IMG/VR virus record: IMGVR_UViG_2711768053_000007
Span: 1 to 5,617 of that record
Length of the DNA stretch: 5,617 nt
From: a virus
Taxonomy: Duplodnaviria; Heunggongvirae; Uroviricota; Caudoviricetes
Reading direction: 5' to 3' (one strand)
Both the position numbers and the translations under genes were made by a program. The notes under the pieces were generated by a model. It did no database searches. It was given only the letters and a program-made list of their open reading frames with translations, and had not been told where the DNA came from. Positions 1 through 5,617 of this stretch are shown here, piece by piece (the first letter of the stretch is position 1; each line of letters starts with the position of its first letter).

Positions 1-1
1 C

Positions 2-1150
2 TATACCGGAAAGCGGATCAGTAGCCAGCGGGCCATGCGGCTGACGGCGGTGTATTCCTGCGTCAGGGTACTGGCGGAGTCTGTTGGTATGCTGCCCTGC
101 AGTCTCTACAAAATCAGCGGCACCCTGAAAACACGGGCGGTGGATGAACGACTGCATAAGCTGGTTTCGGCAAAACCTAATGGCTACATGACGCCGCAGG
201 AATTCTGGGAACTGGTCATTGTCTGCCTGTGTCTGCGGGGGAATTTTTACGCCTACAAGGTGAAGGCGCTGGGGGAAGTTGTGGAGCTTCTTCCGATAGA
301 TCCGGGCTGTGTGGAACCGAAGCTGAACAGCCAGTGGCAGCCGGTTTATCAGGTGACGTTTCCGGATGGCTCCGTGGATGTGTTGACCCAGGATGAAATC
401 TGGCATGTGCGTACTCTGACGCTGGACGGACTGGTCGGGCTGAATCCCATTGCGTATGCGCGTGAGGCCATTTCACTGGCAGCGGCAACTGAGGAGCACG
501 GTGCCAGGTTGTTTGGCAACGGTGCAGTAACATCCGGTGTGTTGCGTACGGATCAACAACTTTCTGATCAGGCTTATGCGCGTATCAAAAAGGATTTTGA
601 GGAACGGCATGTCGGGCTGGGAAATTCTCATCGTCCGATGATTCTGGAAATGGGGCTGGACTGGAAAACGGTGGCACTGAATGCCGAGGACAGCCAGTTC
701 CTGGAAACCCGCAAGTTTCAGCTGGAAGAAATCTGTCGCCTGTTCCGCGTGCCGCTGCATATGGTGCAGAACACCGATCGCGCCACCTTCAACAATATTG
801 AAGAGCTGGGGCTTGGTTTCATTAACTATTCCCTTGTGCCGTATCTGACCCGTATTGAGCAGCGGATCAATACAGGGCTGGTCAGGGAGAGCAAGCAGGG
901 GAGGTTTTACGCCAAATTTAATGCCGGAGCATTGTTGCGTGGCGACATGAAATCCCGCTTTGAAGCGTATGCCACGGGGATCAACTGGGGGATTTATTCC
1001 CCTAATGACTGCCGTGATCTGGAGGATATGAATCCCCGACCGGGTGGTGATGTGTATCTGACACCGATGAACATGACCACCAGTCCCTCTGCTGGCGATG
1101 ACAACGGTAAGAAAAAGGAGAGTGGAGATGCAGACAAAACAGCGTCTTGA
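2..1150 (+). CDS. Phage portal protein, HK97 family (5' partial; frame stays open to the window edge upstream of the ATG at 35)
   Basis: Track ORF 35..1150 is open in the same frame back to position 2, so the true start is probably upstream of the window. The translation has the pattern I associate with HK97-family portals (e.g. ETRKFQLEEICRLFRVPLHMV, NWGIYSPNDCRDLEDMNP) and an acidic, low-complexity C-terminus. It sits immediately upstream of a prohead protease and capsid gene. Stop TGA at 1148-1150. Confidence 0.88.
   Translation, partial: YTGKRISSQRAMRLTAVYSCVRVLAESVGMLPCSLYKISGTLKTRAVDERLHKLVSAKPNGYMTPQEFWELVIVCLCLRGNFYAYKVKALGEVVELLPIDPGCVEPKLNSQWQPVYQVTFPDGSVDVLTQDEIWHVRTLTLDGLVGLNPIAYAREAISLAAATEEHGARLFGNGAVTSGVLRTDQQLSDQAYARIKKDFEERHVGLGNSHRPMILEMGLDWKTVALNAEDSQFLETRKFQLEEICRLFRVPLHMVQNTDRATFNNIEELGLGFINYSLVPYLTRIEQRINTGLVRESKQGRFYAKFNAGALLRGDMKSRFEAYATGINWGIYSPNDCRDLEDMNPRPGGDVYLTPMNMTTSPSAGDDNGKKKESGDADKTAS
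1115..1120 (+). promoter_or_regulatory. Shine-Dalgarno sequence (AAGGAG) for the prohead protease gene, inside the portal 3' end
   Basis: AAGGAG sits 7 nt upstream of the ATG at 1128, read directly from the sequence. Confidence 0.6.
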
Positions 1151-1778
1151 TATACCGCTGAACCTGAAATCCGTCAGTGATTCCGGGGAATTTGAAGGTT
1201 ACGGTTCTGTTTTTGGTGTTAAGGACAGCCACGATGATGTGGTGGTCCCCGGAGCCTTTACCACAACACTCCAGAAATGGAGCGAAAAAAAGGCGCTGCC
1301 TGCGTTGCTCTGGCAGCACCGCATGGATGAGCCCATCGGTGTGTACACCGAAATGAAAGAAGATGATGTCGGGCTTTATGTCAGGGGACGATTACTCATT
1401 GATGATGATCCCCTGGCAAAACGTGCACATGCCCATATGAAGGCCGGTTCTTTAACCGGCCTTTCTATTGGCTACATCCTGAAAGACTGGGAGTACGACC
1501 GTGAAAAAGGGGTATTCCTGCTGAAAGAGATCGACCTGTGGGAGGTCAGTCTGGTGACGTTTCCTTCCAATGATGAGGCTCGCATCAGCGATGTGAAAAA
1601 TGCGCTGGCGCGTGGGGAGATCCCTGATCAGAAAATCATTGAGCGGGTCCTGCGCGATGTTGGACTTTCGCGAACCCAGGCCAAAGCATTCATGGCCGGG
1701 GGATACGGCGCTTTATCCCTGCGTGATGCTGAGGATGTGGATGCCGCACTGAATGCACTGAAAAATCTTAAATTTTAA
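1128..1778 (+). CDS. Prohead maturation protease, HK97 gp4-like (peptidase S78 type)
   Basis: The track ORF begins at 1098, but the ATG at 1128 has a strong AAGGAG RBS 7 nt upstream, so I prefer 1128 (216 codons). The N-terminal motif EFEGYGSVFGVKDSHDDVVVPGAF and the later GSLTGLSIGY resemble the conserved His and Ser regions of HK97-type prohead proteases. The gene overlaps the portal 3' end by 23 nt. Stop TAA at 1776-1778. Confidence 0.82.
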   Translation: MQTKQRLDIPLNLKSVSDSGEFEGYGSVFGVKDSHDDVVVPGAFTTTLQKWSEKKALPALLWQHRMDEPIGVYTEMKEDDVGLYVRGRLLIDDDPLAKRAHAHMKAGSLTGLSIGYILKDWEYDREKGVFLLKEIDLWEVSLVTFPSNDEARISDVKNALARGEIPDQKIIERVLRDVGLSRTQAKAFMAGGYGALSLRDAEDVDAALNALKNLKF

Positions 1779-1780
1779 TC

Positions 1781-1785
1781 AGGAG
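1781..1785 (+). promoter_or_regulatory. Shine-Dalgarno sequence (AGGAG) for the major capsid gene
   Basis: AGGAG lies 6 nt upstream of the ATG at 1792. Confidence 0.6.
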
Positions 1786-1791
1786 TGAATA

Positions 1792-3018
1792 ATGGCTGTT
1801 GATGTTAAAGACGTGGAACAGGTCGCGCAGGATTTGCAGCAGAAGTTTGACGATTTTAAGGCAAAAAACGACAAGCGCATTGAAGCGATCGAACAGGAAA
1901 AAGGCAAGCTGGCCGAACAGGTGGAAAGCCTGAACGGGCAAATCAGCGAGCTGGAGAACCTGAAAAGCGACCTGGAAAAAGAGCTGGCAGACATCAAGCG
2001 TCCGGCAGGTGGCACGCAAAATAAAGTTGCCAGTGAACATAAAGAAGCGTTTATCGGATTTATGCGCAAGGGGCGTGAAGACGGTCTGCGTGAGCTTGAG
2101 CGTAAGGCGCTGCAGGTGGGCAATGATGAAGATGGTGGTTATGCCATTCCGGAAGAACTGGATCGCACCATTCTGACGCTGCTGAAAGATGAGGTGGTGA
2201 TGCGCCAGGAAGCCACTGTGATCACCCTCGGTGGCTCGGATTATAAAAAACTGGTGAATCTGGGCGGCACAACGTCCGGATGGGTGGGGGAAACGGATGC
2301 ACGTCCGGAAACCGCCACCTCAAAACTGGGGCTGATTGAACCCTTTATGGGGGAAATCTACGGCAACCCGCAGGCCACCCAGAAAATGCTCGATGACGCT
2401 TTCTTCAATGTGGAAGACTGGATCAACAGTGAGCTGGCGCTGGAATTTGCCGAACAGGAAGAAATTGCCTTTACCAGTGGCGACGGCAGCAAAAAACCAA
2501 AAGGTTTTCTGGCTTATGAGTCCACCGATGAAGATGACAAGACCCGTGCGTTTGGCAAACTTCAGCACATTGCTTCCGGCGCGGCTTCTGGCGTGACCGC
2601 TGATGCGATCATTAAACTGATTTACACCCTGCGTAAGGCGCACCGTAGCGGCGCGAAGTTTATGATGAACAACAGCAGCCTGTTTGCCATTCGTCTGCTG
2701 AAGGATAACGACGGAAATTATCTGTGGCGTCCGGGTATTGAGCTGGGTCAGCCTTCTTCTCTGGCAGGGTATGGCATCGTTGAGAATGAACAGATGCCGG
2801 ATATTGCTGCCGATGCAAAAGCCATTGCGTTTGGTAACTTCAAACGTGGCTATACCATCGTTGATCGCATCGGTACCCGTATCCTGCGCGATCCGTACAC
2901 CAATAAACCGTTTGTGGGTTTTTATACCACCAAGCGAACCGGCGGTATGCTGGTGGATTCTCAGGCGATTAAGCTGATGAAAATTGGGGCTGCAACCCGC
3001 CAGAAAGCCGCTGCGTAA
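1792..3018 (+). CDS. Major capsid protein, HK97 fold, with N-terminal delta (scaffold-like) coiled-coil domain
   Basis: 408-aa ORF with a good RBS. The N-terminal ~70 residues are heptad-like and rich in E/K/L/Q (QDLQQKFDDFKAKNDKRIEAIEQEKGKLAEQVESLNGQISELENLKSDLEKELADIK), typical of a delta domain. The remainder matches HK97-family capsid patterns (GGYAIPEELDRTIL, KKPKGFLAY, GYTIVDRIGTRILRDPYTNKPFVGFYTTKRTGG). It sits directly after the protease. Stop TAA at 3016-3018. Confidence 0.9.
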   Translation: MAVDVKDVEQVAQDLQQKFDDFKAKNDKRIEAIEQEKGKLAEQVESLNGQISELENLKSDLEKELADIKRPAGGTQNKVASEHKEAFIGFMRKGREDGLRELERKALQVGNDEDGGYAIPEELDRTILTLLKDEVVMRQEATVITLGGSDYKKLVNLGGTTSGWVGETDARPETATSKLGLIEPFMGEIYGNPQATQKMLDDAFFNVEDWINSELALEFAEQEEIAFTSGDGSKKPKGFLAYESTDEDDKTRAFGKLQHIASGAASGVTADAIIKLIYTLRKAHRSGAKFMMNNSSLFAIRLLKDNDGNYLWRPGIELGQPSSLAGYGIVENEQMPDIAADAKAIAFGNFKRGYTIVDRIGTRILRDPYTNKPFVGFYTTKRTGGMLVDSQAIKLMKIGAATRQKAAA

Positions 3019-3030
3019 TGCGGTTTTTTT

Positions 3031-3052
3031 GTGCCCGCGTAATGGCGGGCAC
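3031..3052 (+). other. Perfect 8-bp GC-rich inverted repeat (GTGCCCGC / GCGGGCAC, 6-nt loop) in the capsid-connector intergenic spacer; possible RNA stem-loop (partial terminator or processing/stability element)
   Basis: Read directly: 3031-3038 GTGCCCGC, loop GTAATG, 3045-3052 GCGGGCAC. A run of seven T (3024-3030) precedes rather than follows the stem, so this is not a canonical intrinsic terminator on either strand. The structure is certain; the function is inferred. Confidence 0.4.
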
Positions 3053-3058
3053 AGGAGG
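3053..3058 (+). promoter_or_regulatory. Shine-Dalgarno sequence (AGGAGG) for the head-tail connector gene
   Basis: AGGAGG lies 5 nt upstream of the ATG at 3064, directly after the hairpin. Confidence 0.6.
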
Positions 3059-3063
3059 AAAAT

Positions 3064-3387
3064 ATGCTCCTGAAAGAAGAGGAAATTAAATCTCACCTCC
3101 GGCTCGATGATGGTTTGTACAGTGACGGCGATTTTCTGAAACTGCTGGCACAGGCGGTACAGAAAAGAACAGAGACATACCTGAACAGGAAGTTGTATGC
3201 ACCGGAAGAGACGATTCCGGAAGACGATCCTGACGGGATGCATCTGACCGATGATGTTCGTCTGGCAATGCTGATGCTGGTCAGTCATTTTTATGAGAAT
3301 CGCTCAACGATCACCGATGTGGAGAAACTGGAAACGCCAATGAGTTTCAGATGGCTCGCTGGCCCTTACAGGATTGTCCCACTATGA
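3064..3387 (+). CDS. Head-tail connector protein (gp6-like, head completion)
   Basis: 107-aa ORF with a strong RBS. Size, position directly after the capsid gene and an acidic, helical-looking composition (MLLKEEEIKSHLRLDD..., LAMLMLVSHFYENR) fit gp6-like connector proteins. Stop TGA at 3385-3387. Confidence 0.72.
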   Translation: MLLKEEEIKSHLRLDDGLYSDGDFLKLLAQAVQKRTETYLNRKLYAPEETIPEDDPDGMHLTDDVRLAMLMLVSHFYENRSTITDVEKLETPMSFRWLAGPYRIVPL

Positions 3388-3800
3388 AAATCAGGCAAAG
3401 TCAGACCAGTGCCACTTACCTTTTACCGGATCCCGGAGAACTGAATCGCCGGATAAAGATCCGCCTCCGTGTGGATGAACCCACAGATGATTTTGGTACG
3501 GAGCCGACATATACGGAATCGTTTGATGTCTGGGCAAAAGTGGCTCAGCCAGGTGCTGCCGCTTATCAGGGCTCAGTGCAGACAGAAAATGTCGTTACGC
3601 ATTATTTTACAATCCGTTTCCGGCACGATATCACGGCAGATCATGAGGTGGTTTATTACGGTCAGGTGTACCGGATCCGGCGAATACGCGACCTGAATGG
3701 TCAGCGCCGTTTTTTATTGCTGGAATGTGAGGAATTGTGCACAGAGCGGCGACGGGGTGAATGCCATGAATCAGACAGCATTTTTACACGTCGACTTTAA
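3384..3800 (+). CDS. Head-tail adaptor / head closure protein (gp7-like)
   Basis: The track ORF begins at 3351, but the ATG at 3384 overlaps the upstream stop as ATGA (ATG 3384-3386, TGA 3385-3387), a classic coupling arrangement, so I prefer 3384. Size (~138 aa) and position after the connector fit a head-tail joining protein. The start is uncertain (3351 is the alternative). Confidence 0.65.
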   Translation: MKIRQSQTSATYLLPDPGELNRRIKIRLRVDEPTDDFGTEPTYTESFDVWAKVAQPGAAAYQGSVQTENVVTHYFTIRFRHDITADHEVVYYGQVYRIRRIRDLNGQRRFLLLECEELCTERRRGECHESDSIFTRRL

Positions 3801-4290
3801 ACAACCAAAGGAGCTGGAGTTTAATCGTGCCCGTCTGCGGCGGGCATTTGTGCAGATCGGGCGCGTCTATATGCGCGACGCAAGACGTCTGGTGATTAAA
3901 CGCGGACGCTCCGGTCCGGGAGAGAACCCGGGATATCAGACCGGACGTCTGGCCCGCTCCATCGGTTATTACGTTCCCAAAAAAACGACGCGTCGCCCCG
4001 GACTGATGGTGAAAATTTCCCCTAACCAGAAAAACGGGCAGGGGAATCGCCGTTTTCCTGAAGGTGCTCCTTATTATCCGGCGTTTCTGTATTACGGTGT
4101 TCGCCATTCAGCGTATGGAATGGATAAAAAGGATAAGCGGCAGAAGAAGCACCATTCTTCGACTTTCCGGCTGGCCCCGCGTAATAACTTTATGGCTGAC
4201 GTTATTGAGCGGCGGCGTCACTGGACGCAGGAACTGTTGTCCCGTGAGCTGCAGCGTTCGTTACGTCCGGTAAAAAGGAAGCATAAATGA
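3766..4290 (+). CDS. Neck / tail-completion (virion morphogenesis) protein, very basic; family uncertain (HK97 gp10-like or P2 gpS / Mu gpG-like)
   Basis: The track ORF begins at 3697; I place the start at the ATG at 3766 (MNQTAFLHVDF...), with GTG at 3757 as an alternative. Either way it overlaps the adaptor 3' end. The segment TGRLARSIGYY resembles the Gly-x-Leu-Arg-x-Ser-Ile pattern I associate with tail-completion proteins. It lies between the adaptor and tail genes. Stop TGA at 4288-4290. Confidence 0.55.
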   Translation: MNQTAFLHVDFKQPKELEFNRARLRRAFVQIGRVYMRDARRLVIKRGRSGPGENPGYQTGRLARSIGYYVPKKTTRRPGLMVKISPNQKNGQGNRRFPEGAPYYPAFLYYGVRHSAYGMDKKDKRQKKHHSSTFRLAPRNNFMADVIERRRHWTQELLSRELQRSLRPVKRKHK

Positions 4291-4850
4291 AACTGACAAC
4301 GATAATTGCGGCGCTGCGTGAGCGATGCCCGCGTTTTGAGAATCGTGTTGGTGGTGCGGCGCAGTTTAAGGCGATCCCTGATGCCGGAAAACTGCGTCTG
4401 CCTGCTGCCTATGTTGTCCCCTCTGACGATGCGCCGGGGGAACAGAAATCACAGACCGATTACTGGCAGGATTTGACAGAAGGCTTCTCCGTTATTGTTG
4501 TGCTCAGCAATGAGCGTGATGAAAAAGGGCAGTGGGCAGCCTATGACGCCGTTCATGATGTCCGGAGAGAACTCTGGAAAGCCCTGCTTGGGTGGATGCC
4601 GGACCCGCAGGGGGGCGAGATTGTTTATGCCGGTGGCACCCTGCTGGATCTGAACCGTTACGAACTGTATTACCAGTTTGATTTTACAGCGAAGTATGAA
4701 ATCACGGAAGAAGACACGCGACAGGCAGAGGACGTGAATGCTCTGCCGGATTTATCCCTGCTGAGTATTGATGTGGATTACATCGATCCTGGTACTGGCC
4801 CGGATGGTGACTTTGAGCACCATCTGGAAATGCGTTTCCCTCAGAAATAA
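4287..4850 (+). CDS. Tail terminator-like protein (Mu gp37/K-position, DUF1834-like; distant resemblance to lambda gpU pattern)
   Basis: 187-aa ORF with an AAGGAA RBS at 4275-4280 and an ATGA overlap with the upstream stop (ATG 4287-4289, TGA 4288-4290). Its N-terminus and the PAAYVVP / YWQD / VIVVL segments recall tail-terminator proteins. It lies two genes upstream of the sheath gene. The family call is from memory and not verified. Confidence 0.55.
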   Translation: MKLTTIIAALRERCPRFENRVGGAAQFKAIPDAGKLRLPAAYVVPSDDAPGEQKSQTDYWQDLTEGFSVIVVLSNERDEKGQWAAYDAVHDVRRELWKALLGWMPDPQGGEIVYAGGTLLDLNRYELYYQFDFTAKYEITEEDTRQAEDVNALPDLSLLSIDVDYIDPGTGPDGDFEHHLEMRFPQK

Positions 4851-4859
4851 GAGTCCCTC

Positions 4860-5021
4860 ATGTTTGTGAAACCCCTGAAAGGGCGGTCGGTACCTGACCC
4901 TGCCCGTGGAGATCTTTTGCCTTCTGACGGGCGAAATGTGGAAGAAAACAGCTACTGGCTCCGCCGTATAGCGGCGGGTGATGTGGTACGTGTTAAACAG
5001 GATAAGGCTAAAGAATCATGA
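4860..5021 (+). CDS. Small conserved-looking phage protein (53 aa), not in the supplied ORF track; possibly DUF2635-like (Mu gp38-position)
   Basis: My own translation from the ATG at 4860 gives MFVKPLKGRSVPDPARGDLLPSDGRNVEENSYWLRRIAAGDVVRVKQDKAKES, ending at TGA 5019-5021. That stop overlaps the sheath ATG (5018-5020) as ATGA. The ORF fills an otherwise empty gap between two confident genes. The RBS is weak (AAGAG-like). Confidence 0.5.
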   Translation: MFVKPLKGRSVPDPARGDLLPSDGRNVEENSYWLRRIAAGDVVRVKQDKAKES

Positions 5022-5617
5022 CAATAAGTTTTAGTGCTGTTCCGTCGAATACGCTGGTGCCGTTGTTCTACGCCGAGATGGACAATTCTGCGGCAAATAC
5101 AGCGGTGACCAGCGCGCCTGCATTACTGATTGGGCATGCCAGCAACGATGCCGCCATTGAGGTTAACAGCCTGGTGCTGATGCCATCGGCAGATTATGCC
5201 CGCCAGATTTGTGGCGCGGGGAGCCAGCTGGCGCGTATGGTTGACGTCTACCGTCAGACAGATCCTTTCGGTGAACTGTATGTTATTGCGGTACCAGAAG
5301 CCAGAGGGGCGGCGGCGACAGTCAGGGTGACAGTTACCGGAGAAGCAGAGGAAAGCGGCACCCTGAGTCTGTATGTCGGGCGCTCCCGTGTACAGGTGCC
5401 TGTGGTGAATGGCGATGATGCCACTGCGGTTGCCACCGCGATTAAGGAAGCGGTAAACGGGGTTATCACCCTGCCGTTTATGGCGTCATCTGATGCAGGT
5501 GTGGTGACGCTGACTGCCCGCCATAAGGGGCTGTATGGTAACGAGTTGCCTGTCTGCCTGAATTATTATGGTTCTGGTGGTGGTGAGATTCTGCCCGCGG
5601 GGCTTCAGGTCGTGACG
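5018..5617 (+). CDS. Contractile tail sheath protein, N-terminal part (3' partial, runs off the window)
   Basis: The frame is open from the ATG at 5018 to the window end (200 codons). It is absent from the track, presumably because no stop lies in the window. The N-terminus MTISFSAVPSNTLVPLFYAEMDNSAANT matches the motif I recall at the start of Mu-type (gpL-like) sheath proteins. It is coupled to the upstream small ORF. Confidence 0.8.
   Translation, partial: MTISFSAVPSNTLVPLFYAEMDNSAANTAVTSAPALLIGHASNDAAIEVNSLVLMPSADYARQICGAGSQLARMVDVYRQTDPFGELYVIAVPEARGAAATVRVTVTGEAEESGTLSLYVGRSRVQVPVVNGDDATAVATAIKEAVNGVITLPFMASSDAGVVTLTARHKGLYGNELPVCLNYYGSGGGEILPAGLQVVT

Noticed and set aside
216-760. Minus-strand ORFs 216..533 and 473..760 inside the portal gene
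   Set aside because: Both are antisense to a confident portal CDS, with Pro/Ser/Arg-rich low-complexity translations and no start context. Likely spurious.
1002-1319. Minus-strand ORF (105 aa) across the portal/protease junction
   Set aside because: Antisense to two confident genes including their coupled junction, with no independent support.
1768-2123. Minus-strand ORFs 1768..2040 and 1779..2123 opposite the capsid N-terminus
   Set aside because: These are antisense to the repetitive coiled-coil-coding region. The Ser- or Leu/Phe-rich low-complexity translations are a by-product of the heptad-repeat codons on the other strand.
2336-2977. Plus-strand alternate-frame ORFs 2336..2596 and 2738..2977 inside the capsid gene
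   Set aside because: Out of frame within a confident capsid CDS, with no RBS and implausible composition.
3024-3052. T-run plus hairpin as a rho-independent terminator
   Set aside because: The T-tract is 5' of the stem on the + strand, and on the - strand the stem is followed by an A-tract. Neither orientation gives the stem-then-U-tract geometry, so I call it a stem-loop of uncertain function.
3086-3268. Minus-strand ORF (60 aa) opposite the connector gene
   Set aside because: Short antisense frame inside a confident connector CDS, with no start context or recognisable motif.
2320-3288. Long minus-strand ORF (322 aa) antisense to the capsid and connector genes
   Set aside because: It lies entirely inside two confident + strand genes. 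Its translation is compositionally odd (Cys/Gln/Phe/Arg-rich, no recognisable motifs) and it has no evident RBS. Long antisense frames like this are common opposite well-expressed genes with biased codon usage.
3469-3696. Plus-strand alternate-frame ORF (75 aa) inside the adaptor gene
   Set aside because: Out of frame within the adaptor CDS and with no start context. Rejected as spurious.
3697-3765. Upstream ATG (3697) as the start of the tail-completion gene, giving a 197-aa product
   Set aside because: It would create a ~100-nt overlap with the adaptor gene and an N-terminus (MVSAVFYCWNVRNC...) that does not look like a real protein start. The ATG at 3766 or GTG at 3757 gives a more typical arrangement. 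Not excluded, only less likely.
3976-3986. A7 run (CCC AAA AAA ACG) inside the tail-completion gene as a possible programmed frameshift site
   Set aside because: The run is not in the X XXY YYZ register for a -1 slip, and the -1 frame hits a stop within about 15 codons, so no plausible trans-frame product exists. The A-run in the protease gene (1281-1287) was rejected for the same reason.
3784-4107. Minus-strand ORF (107 aa) opposite the tail-completion gene
   Set aside because: Antisense to a + strand gene within a uniformly + strand operon, with no supporting signals.
4064-4273. Plus-strand alternate-frame ORF (69 aa) inside the tail-completion gene
   Set aside because: Out of frame within a CDS and with no RBS. 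Rejected as spurious.
5254-5469. Minus-strand ORF (71 aa) opposite the sheath gene
   Set aside because: Antisense to the open sheath frame, with an Ala/Thr/Val-rich translation typical of the reverse strand of a GC-rich-third-position coding region.

Overview
The window is one uninterrupted, co-directional (+ strand) block of tailed-phage late structural genes, most likely part of a prophage in an enterobacterial-type genome (judged from codon usage by eye). From 5' to 3' it carries an HK97-type head module (portal, prohead protease, major capsid protein with N-terminal scaffold-like coiled coil), then neck genes (gp6-like connector, gp7-like adaptor, a very basic tail-completion-like protein, a tail-terminator-like protein), a 53-codon ORF missing from the supplied track, and the 5' part of a contractile-tail sheath gene. 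Both ends cut through genes (portal at the 5' end, sheath at the 3' end). I see no tRNA/rRNA, CRISPR array, IS or integrase ends, or convincing minus-strand gene; all minus-strand and alternate-frame ORFs in the track lie inside the + strand genes and look spurious. Family assignments rest on my recognition of sequence patterns, not on any search. I do not see a clearly novel system here. The points worth follow-up are the unlisted small ORF coupled to the sheath gene, a perfect hairpin with a flanking direct repeat after the capsid gene, an unusually basic neck protein, and a Cys/His-containing tail on the adaptor encoded in a gene overlap.
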